Source of the DNA: Oligoflexia bacterium | GTDB lineage: Bacteria; Bdellovibrionota; UBA1018 | Length of the DNA stretch: 29,923 nucleotides | NCBI GenBank assembly: GCA_043757905.1 | Contig: JAYVOO010000152.1 | Location: 1 to 29,923, forward strand | Reading direction: 5' to 3' | The notes under the pieces: generated by a model | Told to the model about the DNA's origin: nothing | Database searches by the model: none | What the model saw: the letters and a program-made list of their open reading frames with translations, nothing else | Shown: one piece after another, positions 1 through 7,709 of the stretch | Position numbering within the stretch: the first letter of the stretch is position 1 | Layout: the number at the start of each line of letters is the position of its first letter | Position numbers and translations under genes: made by a program

Positions 1-2
1 GC

Positions 3-977
3 GCCTCGAAGTGGGCAACCCAGTCCGGCTACATCAGCATCCTGCCGAACCACGCTCAGGCGCTCGTCCGACCTGATCTCAAGGCGGCGCGGATGATCCA
101 GGATGCCCAAGGTCGTCCGGCCTTTTCATCGGGAGCTTCAAGTACGGTCGCCCGGCTCTCGAACCCGGAATGGACGGAGGACAAGGCGGTTCGGTTCTAC
201 CATCCGGCCCTGAACCTCAAGGATCGCTCGGACCCAGCCCTCCTCAGCGCGCGCTACGCGCTGATGGCTGCCGATCTTACGAGGCTTAAGGCTGAAGGCA
301 AGCTCCCACCCCAGCTCGTGCCCTTCGACTTCATCGAGCAAGGCGTGACCGTGAAAGGCCAGATCTACCCGATCATGACGATGCCGTTCATCGAAGGTCA
401 GCGCCTGGACGAATGGGTCGGGAGCTTGGTCGAGACCGGCAACGCGCAGGCCTTGCTCTTCACAGCCCGTGCCTTCTACGACCTGATGAAACGCAACCGG
501 ATCGCCGGCATCGCGCATGGCGATCTCCAGCACGCGAACATCCGCTTGGACAACGATGGCGGCTTCCAGCTGATCGACCCGGACACTCGCTTCACCCCGA
601 GCCTCGCCGGCCAGCCCGCGCCCGAGAACGGCCACCCGAACTACCACCACCCGGCCTATCTCGACGATGCCCGCCCATTCGACGCGACGATGGACCATTT
701 CTCGTCGATCGTGATCTACACCTCGCTCCTGGCTCTAGCCGAACGCCCCGAGCTCTGGGAGAAATTCCATCTCAAGCGCGAAAACCTGATCTTCGAGGCG
801 GACCGCGACTTCGTGGACCCGACCGCTCCGAGCTCGATCTTCCCGACGCTCCTCGAGTCCAAGCTCGCTCGCACTCGAAAGCTCGCCTTCCTGCTCGCGA
901 AATGGGCGATCGGCGATCCGGCCGCCGTCCCTTCGCTCGAAGACGCCATCAAGCTCACCAAAACTCAAACTGAATAG
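3..977 (+). CDS. Bacterial Ser/Thr-kinase-like protein, 5'-truncated by the window edge
   Basis: Frame is open from nt 3 (ASKWATQSGY...), so the ORF-track start at 93 is internal. Kinase-fold motifs: SSGASSTV (Gly-loop-like), KAVRFY (beta3), IMTMPFIEG (hinge), HGDLQHANI (catalytic loop), LIDPD (DFG-equivalent), ENGHPNYHHP. Confidence 0.75.
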   Translation, partial: ASKWATQSGYISILPNHAQALVRPDLKAARMIQDAQGRPAFSSGASSTVARLSNPEWTEDKAVRFYHPALNLKDRSDPALLSARYALMAADLTRLKAEGKLPPQLVPFDFIEQGVTVKGQIYPIMTMPFIEGQRLDEWVGSLVETGNAQALLFTARAFYDLMKRNRIAGIAHGDLQHANIRLDNDGGFQLIDPDTRFTPSLAGQPAPENGHPNYHHPAYLDDARPFDATMDHFSSIVIYTSLLALAERPELWEKFHLKRENLIFEADRDFVDPTAPSSIFPTLLESKLARTRKLAFLLAKWAIGDPAAVPSLEDAIKLTKTQTE

Positions 978-985
978 GGAAAACC

Positions 986-3859
986 ATGAACTCGCGAATC
1001 GCTTTACTAGCCTGCGCACTCACCGCGCTCTTTTCCGTCATTCACGTCCGGCCCGCCCTGGCGGCGCTGACGGCCAAGGAGCGGGACGCCCGCTCCCTGC
1101 TAGCCCGTCAGGCCCGGTCCAAGGAGCTCGATCAGCTCAAGAGAATCCGCAAGCACCTACTTCTGAGCGGGCTGCCGCAGGCGACTGAGATCGCGGATAC
1201 TCTCCGCGATCGGAAGGAAGCGCTCTTCAACCAGAAGACCCGAAGCCTCCGTCCCGACGTGCGCGATTCGCGCCTGGTGGTCGCTCCGCTCATGAAGGAC
1301 GAGGACGTTCGCCACCTGACGACCGACTGGATCCAGGAGAGGCTCCGCACGAAGAGCCGCGAGCTCGAGAAGATCATGCTCAATTCCGCCATGCCGCTCA
1401 ATTTCGACGTTGTCGTAGTGGGCGCTGGGCCTGAAGCCGCCGCTTACGTCCAGGAGCTGACGTCGGTCAACCCGGCGCTAAAGGCGCTGATCATCGACGA
1501 GCGCTCGCAGGTTGGCGGGGTCTTCTCGATCGCGGACGCTTTCTTTCGACTTAACTCCACTACCCGCGCCAACACAGGCGCGCGTGCTGCGCCCGGCGAT
1601 GGCGACCTGAATTTCGTGCATTCGATCCTGGGCCTGCCCGATATGAGCGCCAACAAATGGACCGAAGCCGGTATGCTCGAGGACGTCTCGGCGACGGGCG
1701 TCCTGCTCTCGAGTGCCGAGCCGCTTCTCGGAACCGAAGTCACAGGCCTGAGTCTGCAGAAATACTACGTCGAGATCCCCGTGCGCTTTCTAGAATCACG
1801 CGCCTCCGCGCGTATACGGGCCCAAAAGGTCGTGTTCGCCACGGGCCTGGGCAAAAGCGGGGTGAACCTCACCACGGACCTTCGCGTGCTCCGTCTGAAG
1901 CGCGACGGCTCGCCCATTGTCGAAGCTTTCGAGCCTTTCGTGGAGTCACGCGCCACTTCCCGCAATAAAACTCCTTTCCGCGATCTGGTCGGCAAGACGA
2001 TCGGCGTGATCGGCTTGGGCGACTCGGCCCGCGTGCTCAACGAGTTTTTGCTGAGGCTCGCGCCTGAGAACGCTTACGGCGCCGACAAGGCCCAGATCGG
2101 GGAAGTCGAGAAGATCTATTGGTTCCTCGGCTACGCGACCGGCGACAAGGAAGATCCGACCTTCGCAACCTGTAAAGAGTATCTGGACAAGTCCCGTGCG
2201 CGTTATGCGTGGCTCTCGGCCGGCATCAACAGCGGCAAGATCATCCCGGTGATTGGCCGAGTGACGGGCGCCGAGATCGTTGGACAAGAGAACTCAGCCG
2301 GCCAGGAACAAATCTCGCTCAACTTCCAGACCGCCAAGTCCGGCGCCGCCGCACGGAACTCCGCACGCGATGGCATCCCCTATATTCAGGAGGACGACGC
2401 CCGCCGTGGAAAGACCCAAGGGCCCGCCACCGATCGAGTGGCTTTCGACAAGGTCATCGACTGCACAGGCTTCCGCGACGCACGACTCGGCGCGATTCTT
2501 GGGCAGGCGCTCGGGCGCTCGAGCTCCACTCTCAGGGATCTTGTCGAAAACGGGATGTTGACCAAAAAAACGATCGTCTCGCAGGAATTCGGAGGCAAGG
2601 AGGTCGCGATCGCCAACCAGCTCACGTCCGATCGGCGCATCGAGCTCATCGGCCCCGCCAACGAATCCATCGGGGGACTCCCAGACAAAACGGAGCTGAG
2701 CAAAGTGAACGCCAACACGGTCTCGCTCTTTGCCAATGTCTACCGGACGATCGAGGCCGCGCGTCAGCTCGAGGAGGCCAAACCTTGGGCCGCTGCCCAG
2801 CAGACCGCGGTCGCCACCGGCGCCGTCTCGATCCCCAAAGCCGGCAAGAACACCCAGGTCCTTGCCATGGTTCCCGCCGAAGCCTCGCTCGAACTTCTGG
2901 ATCGGATGCGGCTCAGTTATCTGGGTGAAGTCGCCTTGAAAACAGGCCTTGAAGAGGCAATGTTCGGTGCGCGCATCACGGGCCCAGCCCAGATCGAAGC
3001 GATCCTGACTCCCGACGGCATCGGGCTCCGGGCCATCGGCCTCGGCATGAGCTCGGCCGAGTTCAGCAGCCGAATCGAGAACTCCCATCTGCTCGTGGCC
3101 GCGCTCGCGAAAAAACTCCAGGACCCCGCGACGAAAGTCCGAAGTGTTTTGATCCAGGTGCCCATGCGCTCCACCGGCGGGCTCGAATTCAGGAACACCC
3201 AAATCATCGAACAAAAAGGGCAGCCCGTCGGCACTTACATCGACCCCAAGCGCGGGAAGGCAAAGTTACGCGCACCCCGCGATCCGAACCGAGAAGTGCG
3301 GCTCTTTGACCGCGCTGCACTGGATGCCGACCTCATCCCGGGCGGAAACCTCGCGCGAGTCGAGATCGCCCGACCCCGCGACGACTACGAGCTGGCGCAG
3401 CGAACCCTGGGCGTCGGCACCCGCGTGGACGCGGTGCTACTCACGGAAGCACTCCAACTCTATTTCGCTCGCGAAGGCAAACCCGCGCTGGCCAAGCTGA
3501 AGAACCTCACCGGCGCCGACCAGCTCGTGCTCTGCCTGGGTGCGGCCGAGTCGCCGGCCGACGAGCCTCTGCTCTATCTCTCCGCGCTCGCCCTCAAGGA
3601 CGGCCGCCCGATCTCCGTCGACGCGAGCGTGTACCGAGAATTCCTCGGTGCGCTTTCTCTGTCATCGTTGCCGGAGAGCGCGATCGAGTTCTTCCCATCC
3701 CGTACCTGGGGTCGCGAAGGCAGCCTGATCGCCTCCGAAGACTCGTCCGCGATCGTTTCCCTGACGCTCAATCCTCGGTCGGGCGAATCCTCCGTGGGCG
3801 AAACGCTGACTGGTTTGGATACCCGTCCCTTCCGACAAGGGATCGATCGGGCTCTCTGA
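986..3859 (+). CDS. Large (957 aa) secreted FAD/NAD(P)-dependent oxidoreductase (class B flavin monooxygenase-like) with unknown C-terminal region
   Basis: SD-like AGGGA before ATG; signal peptide MNSRIALLACALTALFSVIHVRPALA; FAD Rossmann DVVVVGAGPEA (~nt 1421); VFATG; second Rossmann TIGVIGLGDSA (~nt 2012); IDCTGF; late LIGP motif. Confidence 0.65.
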   Translation: MNSRIALLACALTALFSVIHVRPALAALTAKERDARSLLARQARSKELDQLKRIRKHLLLSGLPQATEIADTLRDRKEALFNQKTRSLRPDVRDSRLVVAPLMKDEDVRHLTTDWIQERLRTKSRELEKIMLNSAMPLNFDVVVVGAGPEAAAYVQELTSVNPALKALIIDERSQVGGVFSIADAFFRLNSTTRANTGARAAPGDGDLNFVHSILGLPDMSANKWTEAGMLEDVSATGVLLSSAEPLLGTEVTGLSLQKYYVEIPVRFLESRASARIRAQKVVFATGLGKSGVNLTTDLRVLRLKRDGSPIVEAFEPFVESRATSRNKTPFRDLVGKTIGVIGLGDSARVLNEFLLRLAPENAYGADKAQIGEVEKIYWFLGYATGDKEDPTFATCKEYLDKSRARYAWLSAGINSGKIIPVIGRVTGAEIVGQENSAGQEQISLNFQTAKSGAAARNSARDGIPYIQEDDARRGKTQGPATDRVAFDKVIDCTGFRDARLGAILGQALGRSSSTLRDLVENGMLTKKTIVSQEFGGKEVAIANQLTSDRRIELIGPANESIGGLPDKTELSKVNANTVSLFANVYRTIEAARQLEEAKPWAAAQQTAVATGAVSIPKAGKNTQVLAMVPAEASLELLDRMRLSYLGEVALKTGLEEAMFGARITGPAQIEAILTPDGIGLRAIGLGMSSAEFSSRIENSHLLVAALAKKLQDPATKVRSVLIQVPMRSTGGLEFRNTQIIEQKGQPVGTYIDPKRGKAKLRAPRDPNREVRLFDRAALDADLIPGGNLARVEIARPRDDYELAQRTLGVGTRVDAVLLTEALQLYFAREGKPALAKLKNLTGADQLVLCLGAAESPADEPLLYLSALALKDGRPISVDASVYREFLGALSLSSLPESAIEFFPSRTWGREGSLIASEDSSAIVSLTLNPRSGESSVGETLTGLDTRPFRQGIDRAL

Positions 3860-3870
3860 CCCGGGCGGTG

Positions 3871-3879
3871 TGGTAGACT
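3871..3879 (+). promoter_or_regulatory. Extended -10 element (TGg-TAGACT) 7 nt before GTG 3887; candidate leaderless promoter
   Basis: TGGTAGACT at 3871-3879, N7, GTG; no Shine-Dalgarno (SD) sequence. Confidence 0.5.
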
Positions 3880-3886
3880 CGAAGAC

Positions 3887-4219
3887 GTGCGCACTCTGAC
3901 TCGGAACCGACTGCTTGCGATCGTGGCCTGCGCCTGGCTCCTTGGCCTCTTCGGGCTGGCGGAGACTTCCGAGTACTCGCCTTTCCCGCCTGCAGGAGGC
4001 TACACCGACCTGCGCGTGGCATCGATGCTCACTCCGGTCGGGATGGTGAAGAACCTTTGGCTTCATGACGTACCCGCGGGACAACCTGATCTGACGCCCT
4101 GGTACGACAAGCCCGCGAACCGGGTAGGCGTCTTGGAGCACCCCTGGATCCTCGCTCTCGTCGCCTGGGTGGCCGGTGCGGCGATCGCCTTCCTCAGGCT
4201 CTGGCGGCCGTTCTCATGA
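3887..4219 (+). CDS. Small exported protein with C-terminal membrane anchor
   Basis: N-terminal R-rich plus hydrophobic signal/TM segment; C-terminal TM segment HPWILALVAWVAGAAIAFLRLWR; ATGA overlap with the next gene. Confidence 0.7.
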   Translation: MRTLTRNRLLAIVACAWLLGLFGLAETSEYSPFPPAGGYTDLRVASMLTPVGMVKNLWLHDVPAGQPDLTPWYDKPANRVGVLEHPWILALVAWVAGAAIAFLRLWRPFS

Positions 4220-4581
4220 GCGGGGCCTTCACCTCACCCTGGTATCTGCTGATTTTCCTCCAATCCAACTGCCTGGAACTCCCGGTCTACTGCTGGGGGC
4301 TCCGAAAGCACGGCAAGGGGCGCGTGGCGGCCGTTGTAACGCTCGCGAACTCGATCACCCACCCTGTGGTTTTCTTCGTCATCATGGCGCTTGGGCACTC
4401 GCGGCTCGCGTCGATTGCGATCGCGGAGACCTGGGCCGTCGCTGGCGAGACGCTGATTCTCTGGACGCTCCTAAAAAACAAAGAGGGAGCGGGCCGTATC
4501 CTGGCCTGCTCCCTCTTCGCGAATCTTGTGTCGTGGGAGCTAGCCCCGCGACTGACTTACTGGCTACTTCTCAGCCACTAA
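4216..4581 (+). CDS. Small multi-pass membrane protein of unknown function
   Basis: About four hydrophobic segments carrying embedded polar residues (LELP, ANSITHP, AETWAVAGE, FANLVS); ATGA translational coupling. Confidence 0.75.
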   Translation: MSGAFTSPWYLLIFLQSNCLELPVYCWGLRKHGKGRVAAVVTLANSITHPVVFFVIMALGHSRLASIAIAETWAVAGETLILWTLLKNKEGAGRILACSLFANLVSWELAPRLTYWLLLSH

Positions 4582-4587
4582 TCTCAG

Positions 4588-4983
4588 TTACTTCGTGCAA
4601 ACCTGCGCCTTGTCGTAAGGGAAGCCATCGCCCAGGCCGTCGTACTTGTAGGCCACGTCCTCGACCTTCGAGGCCACGATGGCGCAATCCACTTCAGCGC
4701 CCTTGCCTTCGTTATTGCAGTTGATGAAGAGGTTCCAACCGTCGCTGACGAGCGCGAGGCTATGATGCTTTTTTGACTGGCCCGGCATGGCGCTCGAAGC
4801 AGGGGGCAGGAGGTCGAACAGCTTAACTGCGTCGCCGCCGTGGATCTTGACGCCTTCGCCGTGCTGGAGGCCGGCCGGATCGATGCCCTTCACGTCGATG
4901 AAAGCGACGCCGCCATCGTTGGCGAACGCGCTGGTCGCGGAGACGGCAATCAGGAAACCGAGAACAATTCCGAACTTCTTCAT
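4588..4983 (-). CDS. Secreted hypothetical protein (131 aa, 3 Cys)
   Basis: SD AGGAG; signal peptide MKKFGIVLGFLIAVSATSAFA; own sigma70-like promoter. Confidence 0.85.
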   Translation of the reverse strand: MKKFGIVLGFLIAVSATSAFANDGGVAFIDVKGIDPAGLQHGEGVKIHGGDAVKLFDLLPPASSAMPGQSKKHHSLALVSDGWNLFINCNNEGKGAEVDCAIVASKVEDVAYKYDGLGDGFPYDKAQVCTK

Positions 4984-5025
4984 GGGAGCTCCTAGGGGGT
5001 AAGGATCATATTTTCAACCGCTAGG

Positions 5026-5054
5026 TTTATACCTTGAATTATAACGCAGTGCAA
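5026..5054 (-). promoter_or_regulatory. Sigma70-type promoter TTGCAC-N17-TATAAA for the 4588..4983 gene
   Basis: Minus-strand hexamers at 5054-5049 and 5031-5026 with 17-nt spacer in an AT-rich intergenic region. Confidence 0.65.
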
Positions 5055-5115
5055 CATAACTTTATCCTCTCCCCGAGGTCGGATCTAAAGAGGCGAGATT
5101 AATTAAACAATTTAG

Positions 5116-5628
5116 CTATATCAGTGCGACGACAGCCCGGAGCACGTCCTGCCCGGAGTACCAGACAGTCGCGAGCACGGGCCGCCCCGCCAGGACGTGA
5201 CCGATGAAATGCGAGTCCCCTGCCCAGAGATTGAGCCCGGGCACGTCAGCTTCGGGCACCCAGTGCAGTTCGCCTTCATCCGAGGCGACCAGGGGCCGCG
5301 CCGCCTCCTCGTCGCTGAGCTCAGCCGAGAAAACAAAGGCGATCCAGTCCTCATTCTTGTGGGCCTTGAAATTAGGAAACTGCACGACCCCGAGCGAACG
5401 GAAGCGTTCCGCCGGAAGCCCGATGCCCGACTCCTCCGCCGTCTCGCGCGCCGCCGCGTTGCCCGGGGCTTCATCAAGCTCGAGCTTTCCGCCCAGGCCG
5501 TTCCATTTGCCGCAATGGTAGTCCCCGGGTCGTCCATTGCGATGGGTCATCAATATGCGACCGCGATGCCTGAGATAAACCAGCACGGCCGGAACGACCT
5601 TGCGCGCTCCCGACTCGAAGGGATTCAA
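5116..5628 (-). CDS. Nudix hydrolase, MutT/8-oxo-dGTPase-like
   Basis: Nudix box GGKLELDEAPGNAAARETAEESG preceded by GKWNG; ends EGELHW...LWAGD; TTG start overlaps upstream TGA (TTGA). Confidence 0.85.
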   Translation of the reverse strand: MNPFESGARKVVPAVLVYLRHRGRILMTHRNGRPGDYHCGKWNGLGGKLELDEAPGNAAARETAEESGIGLPAERFRSLGVVQFPNFKAHKNEDWIAFVFSAELSDEEAARPLVASDEGELHWVPEADVPGLNLWAGDSHFIGHVLAGRPVLATVWYSGQDVLRAVVALI

Positions 5629-7421
5629 GTGTACATCGAGTCGATGACGCTCATGAAGCGCTTCTCGATCACGTTGCGCTTCATCTTGAGCGTCGGGGTC
5701 ATCTCCCCATCGACGATCGAGAACTCGCGCGAGAGCACGGAGAACTTCTTGATCTGCTCGAAGCTCGCGAGCTCGCGGTTCAGCTCATCCACGTGGGTGC
5801 GAACTTTTGCGACGACCTTGGGATCCTGAATCGTCTCCTGGTCGAGGTTCACATTCGCGGTCTTCGCGTCGGCGAGCGCGGTCTCAGAGAGCGTGATCAG
5901 GGCGGAAAGGAACTTGCGTCCGTCGCCGACAACGCATACCTGGCTGATCACCGGCGCGGCCTTGAGCTTCTCCTCGATCGGAAGCGGCGCGATCATCTTG
6001 CCGCCCGAGGTCTTGAGCACTTCTTTCTTCCGGCCGCGGATCTTGATGAGGCCCGTGTCCGTCAGCTCGGCCAGGTCGCCTGTCGAGAGCCAACCATCGG
6101 CAGTGAACGCGGCCTTCGTGTTGGCCTCGTCTTTATAATATCCGAGAAACACGTTGCGGCCCTTACAAAGGACTTCGCCGTCCTCGGCGATCTTCACCTC
6201 GATGCCGGAAACAGGTTTTCCCACGGTGCCCGCGCTTTCGACGCCCGCCTCGGTCATGCAGATCACGCCGGTGGTCTCGGTCTGGCCGAAATCCTCGAGG
6301 ATCTCCAGCCCGATCGAGCGGAACCACTTGGTGACGTGAGGTGCAAGCGCCGCGGCGCCGGACGCGAGAGTCTTCGCGTTGGCCAAGCCGAGAGCGTGAC
6401 GGATCTTGGAAAGGACGAGCTTATCGGCGAGCTGGAACTGCAGGAGATCTTTCAAGGGTGGAAATTTCCCAGCGTAGCGGGCCGCGGCGACACGGGCGCC
6501 CGTCGCCAGCGCCCACTCGGTCAACTTCTTCTTCACGCCCTCAGTCTTAGCGACTTTGCCTTCCACGCCTTCCATCATCTTTTCCCAAAGCCGGGGGACG
6601 CAGAGCAGGAGCGAGGGCTGTACCTCGACGAGCTCCTTGGAGACGTTGTCGAACTTCGTGCAAAAGTTCACGAGGTAGCGCTGCGAGATGCCGACGCCGA
6701 TGTTCTGCAACGTCTCGGCCACGTGGCAGAGAGGGAGAAAGGAGAAGAGGTTGCCATCTGCGCGGGGCAGCTCCCAGAACTTGGAGACGCAATCCGATGT
6801 GTAGATCAGGTTGTCGTGCGAGAGCAGCGCGCCCTTCGGGTTGCCAGTCGTTCCGGAAGTGAAGATCATGAAGGAAGGGCCGACGGGATCGACCTTCTGC
6901 AGGAGGTCCTCGATCTTCTTGGCGCCTGGCTTACCGGAGAGGAGCTTCCCTTCGTCGATGGCTGCCTGGTAGGTCACCGCGATGGGCGAAACCGTGGCCG
7001 GATCGCCCTCGAAAAGGATGACGAGCTCGACCGAGGAGGGAAGGGCCGGATGACCCTGTTCATCGGTGATCTTGTCGAAAAACTCCTTGTTCTTGACCGA
7101 GAGGACCCTCGCCCCGGTGTGGTTGAGGATATAGAGGATGTCCTTGGAGGTGGAGTTCGGATAGAGGCCCGTGCTCATCGCGCCCGCGAGCATTGTGCCC
7201 AGGTGAGCGTGCACCCACTCGGGAGCGTTCGGCCCGAGAATCGCTCCTGTATCGCCAGCCCCGATGCCGCGGGACTGAAGGAAAAGCGCCAAATAGTACA
7301 TGCGCCGCTTGAACTCGCGTGCGGAAATGGTTTTCCAGACCCCGCTTTCCTTGAAACCTTGAGCGGGAGCGTCGGGCGTCTCATCGGACCAGCGGGCCAG
7401 GCGGTGCAGTACGGTTGGCAT
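5625..7421 (-). CDS. fadD: Long-chain fatty-acid--CoA ligase (AMP-dependent synthetase), 598 aa
   Basis: AMP-binding motif IFTSGTTGNPKG; FGQTET; GWLSTGD; GRKKEVLKTSGGK; TPTLKMKR. Start moved to ATG 7421 because a promoter occupies 7429-7457. Confidence 0.92.
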   Translation of the reverse strand: MPTVLHRLARWSDETPDAPAQGFKESGVWKTISAREFKRRMYYLALFLQSRGIGAGDTGAILGPNAPEWVHAHLGTMLAGAMSTGLYPNSTSKDILYILNHTGARVLSVKNKEFFDKITDEQGHPALPSSVELVILFEGDPATVSPIAVTYQAAIDEGKLLSGKPGAKKIEDLLQKVDPVGPSFMIFTSGTTGNPKGALLSHDNLIYTSDCVSKFWELPRADGNLFSFLPLCHVAETLQNIGVGISQRYLVNFCTKFDNVSKELVEVQPSLLLCVPRLWEKMMEGVEGKVAKTEGVKKKLTEWALATGARVAAARYAGKFPPLKDLLQFQLADKLVLSKIRHALGLANAKTLASGAAALAPHVTKWFRSIGLEILEDFGQTETTGVICMTEAGVESAGTVGKPVSGIEVKIAEDGEVLCKGRNVFLGYYKDEANTKAAFTADGWLSTGDLAELTDTGLIKIRGRKKEVLKTSGGKMIAPLPIEEKLKAAPVISQVCVVGDGRKFLSALITLSETALADAKTANVNLDQETIQDPKVVAKVRTHVDELNRELASFEQIKKFSVLSREFSIVDGEMTPTLKMKRNVIEKRFMSVIDSMYT

Positions 7422-7428
7422 GTTCTCC

Positions 7429-7457
7429 AGGCTAGGGTCAGCCCCCCCCGGTGTCAA
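7429..7457 (-). promoter_or_regulatory. Sigma70 promoter TTGACA-N17-TAGCCT, 7 nt before fadD ATG (leaderless-type)
   Basis: Consensus -35, TANNNT -10, exact 17-nt spacer. Confidence 0.75.
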
Positions 7458-7480
7458 TAGTTCTCGGGCATTTCAAGCGG

Positions 7481-7509
7481 TTGAAGCCCGCTATCGGGCG
7501 TGCTAAGGC
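7481..7509 (+). promoter_or_regulatory. Sigma70-like promoter TTGAAG-N17-TAAGGC (extended TGc) for the small basic ORF and ppx
   Basis: Hexamers at 7481-7486 and 7504-7509; divergent from the fadD promoter. Confidence 0.5.
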
Positions 7510-7549
7510 TTGGAATCACTTTTCATTAACTAGACGTGAGGGAGTTATC

Positions 7550-7696
7550 ATGGCCAAGAGATTGAGCATCAAGCACCGCAAGACCGCCCGCAAGAAGGCC
7601 ACCGACTACCGCCAGGGCACGACCCCAGCGAAGCATAAGGTCGCAGTTGAACGTAGCGTGAAGGCGAAGCTGAAGAAGGCATATCCCGCACCTTAA
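7550..7696 (+). CDS. 48-aa very basic small protein (MAKRLSIKHRKTARKK...AYPAP)
   Basis: Strong SD GAGGGAG before ATG 7550; 16 K/R versus 2 D/E; fills the space between the promoter and ppx (13-nt gap). Confidence 0.75.
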   Translation: MAKRLSIKHRKTARKKATDYRQGTTPAKHKVAVERSVKAKLKKAYPAP

Positions 7697-7709
7697 GCGC
7701 GGATCACTC

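Noticed and set aside
5793-7460. 555-aa plus-strand ORF opposite fadD (similarly 24728..26866 +, 19212..20141 -, 21004..21909 -, 7968..9023 -, 2294..3214 -)
   Set aside because: Antisense shadows of well-supported genes, expected from GC-rich codon bias; no motifs, SD or promoter support.
7574-7606. KTARKKAT in the 48-aa protein resembling the histone H3 tail (QTARKS)
   Set aside because: A four-residue match within a K/R/A-rich peptide is expected by chance.
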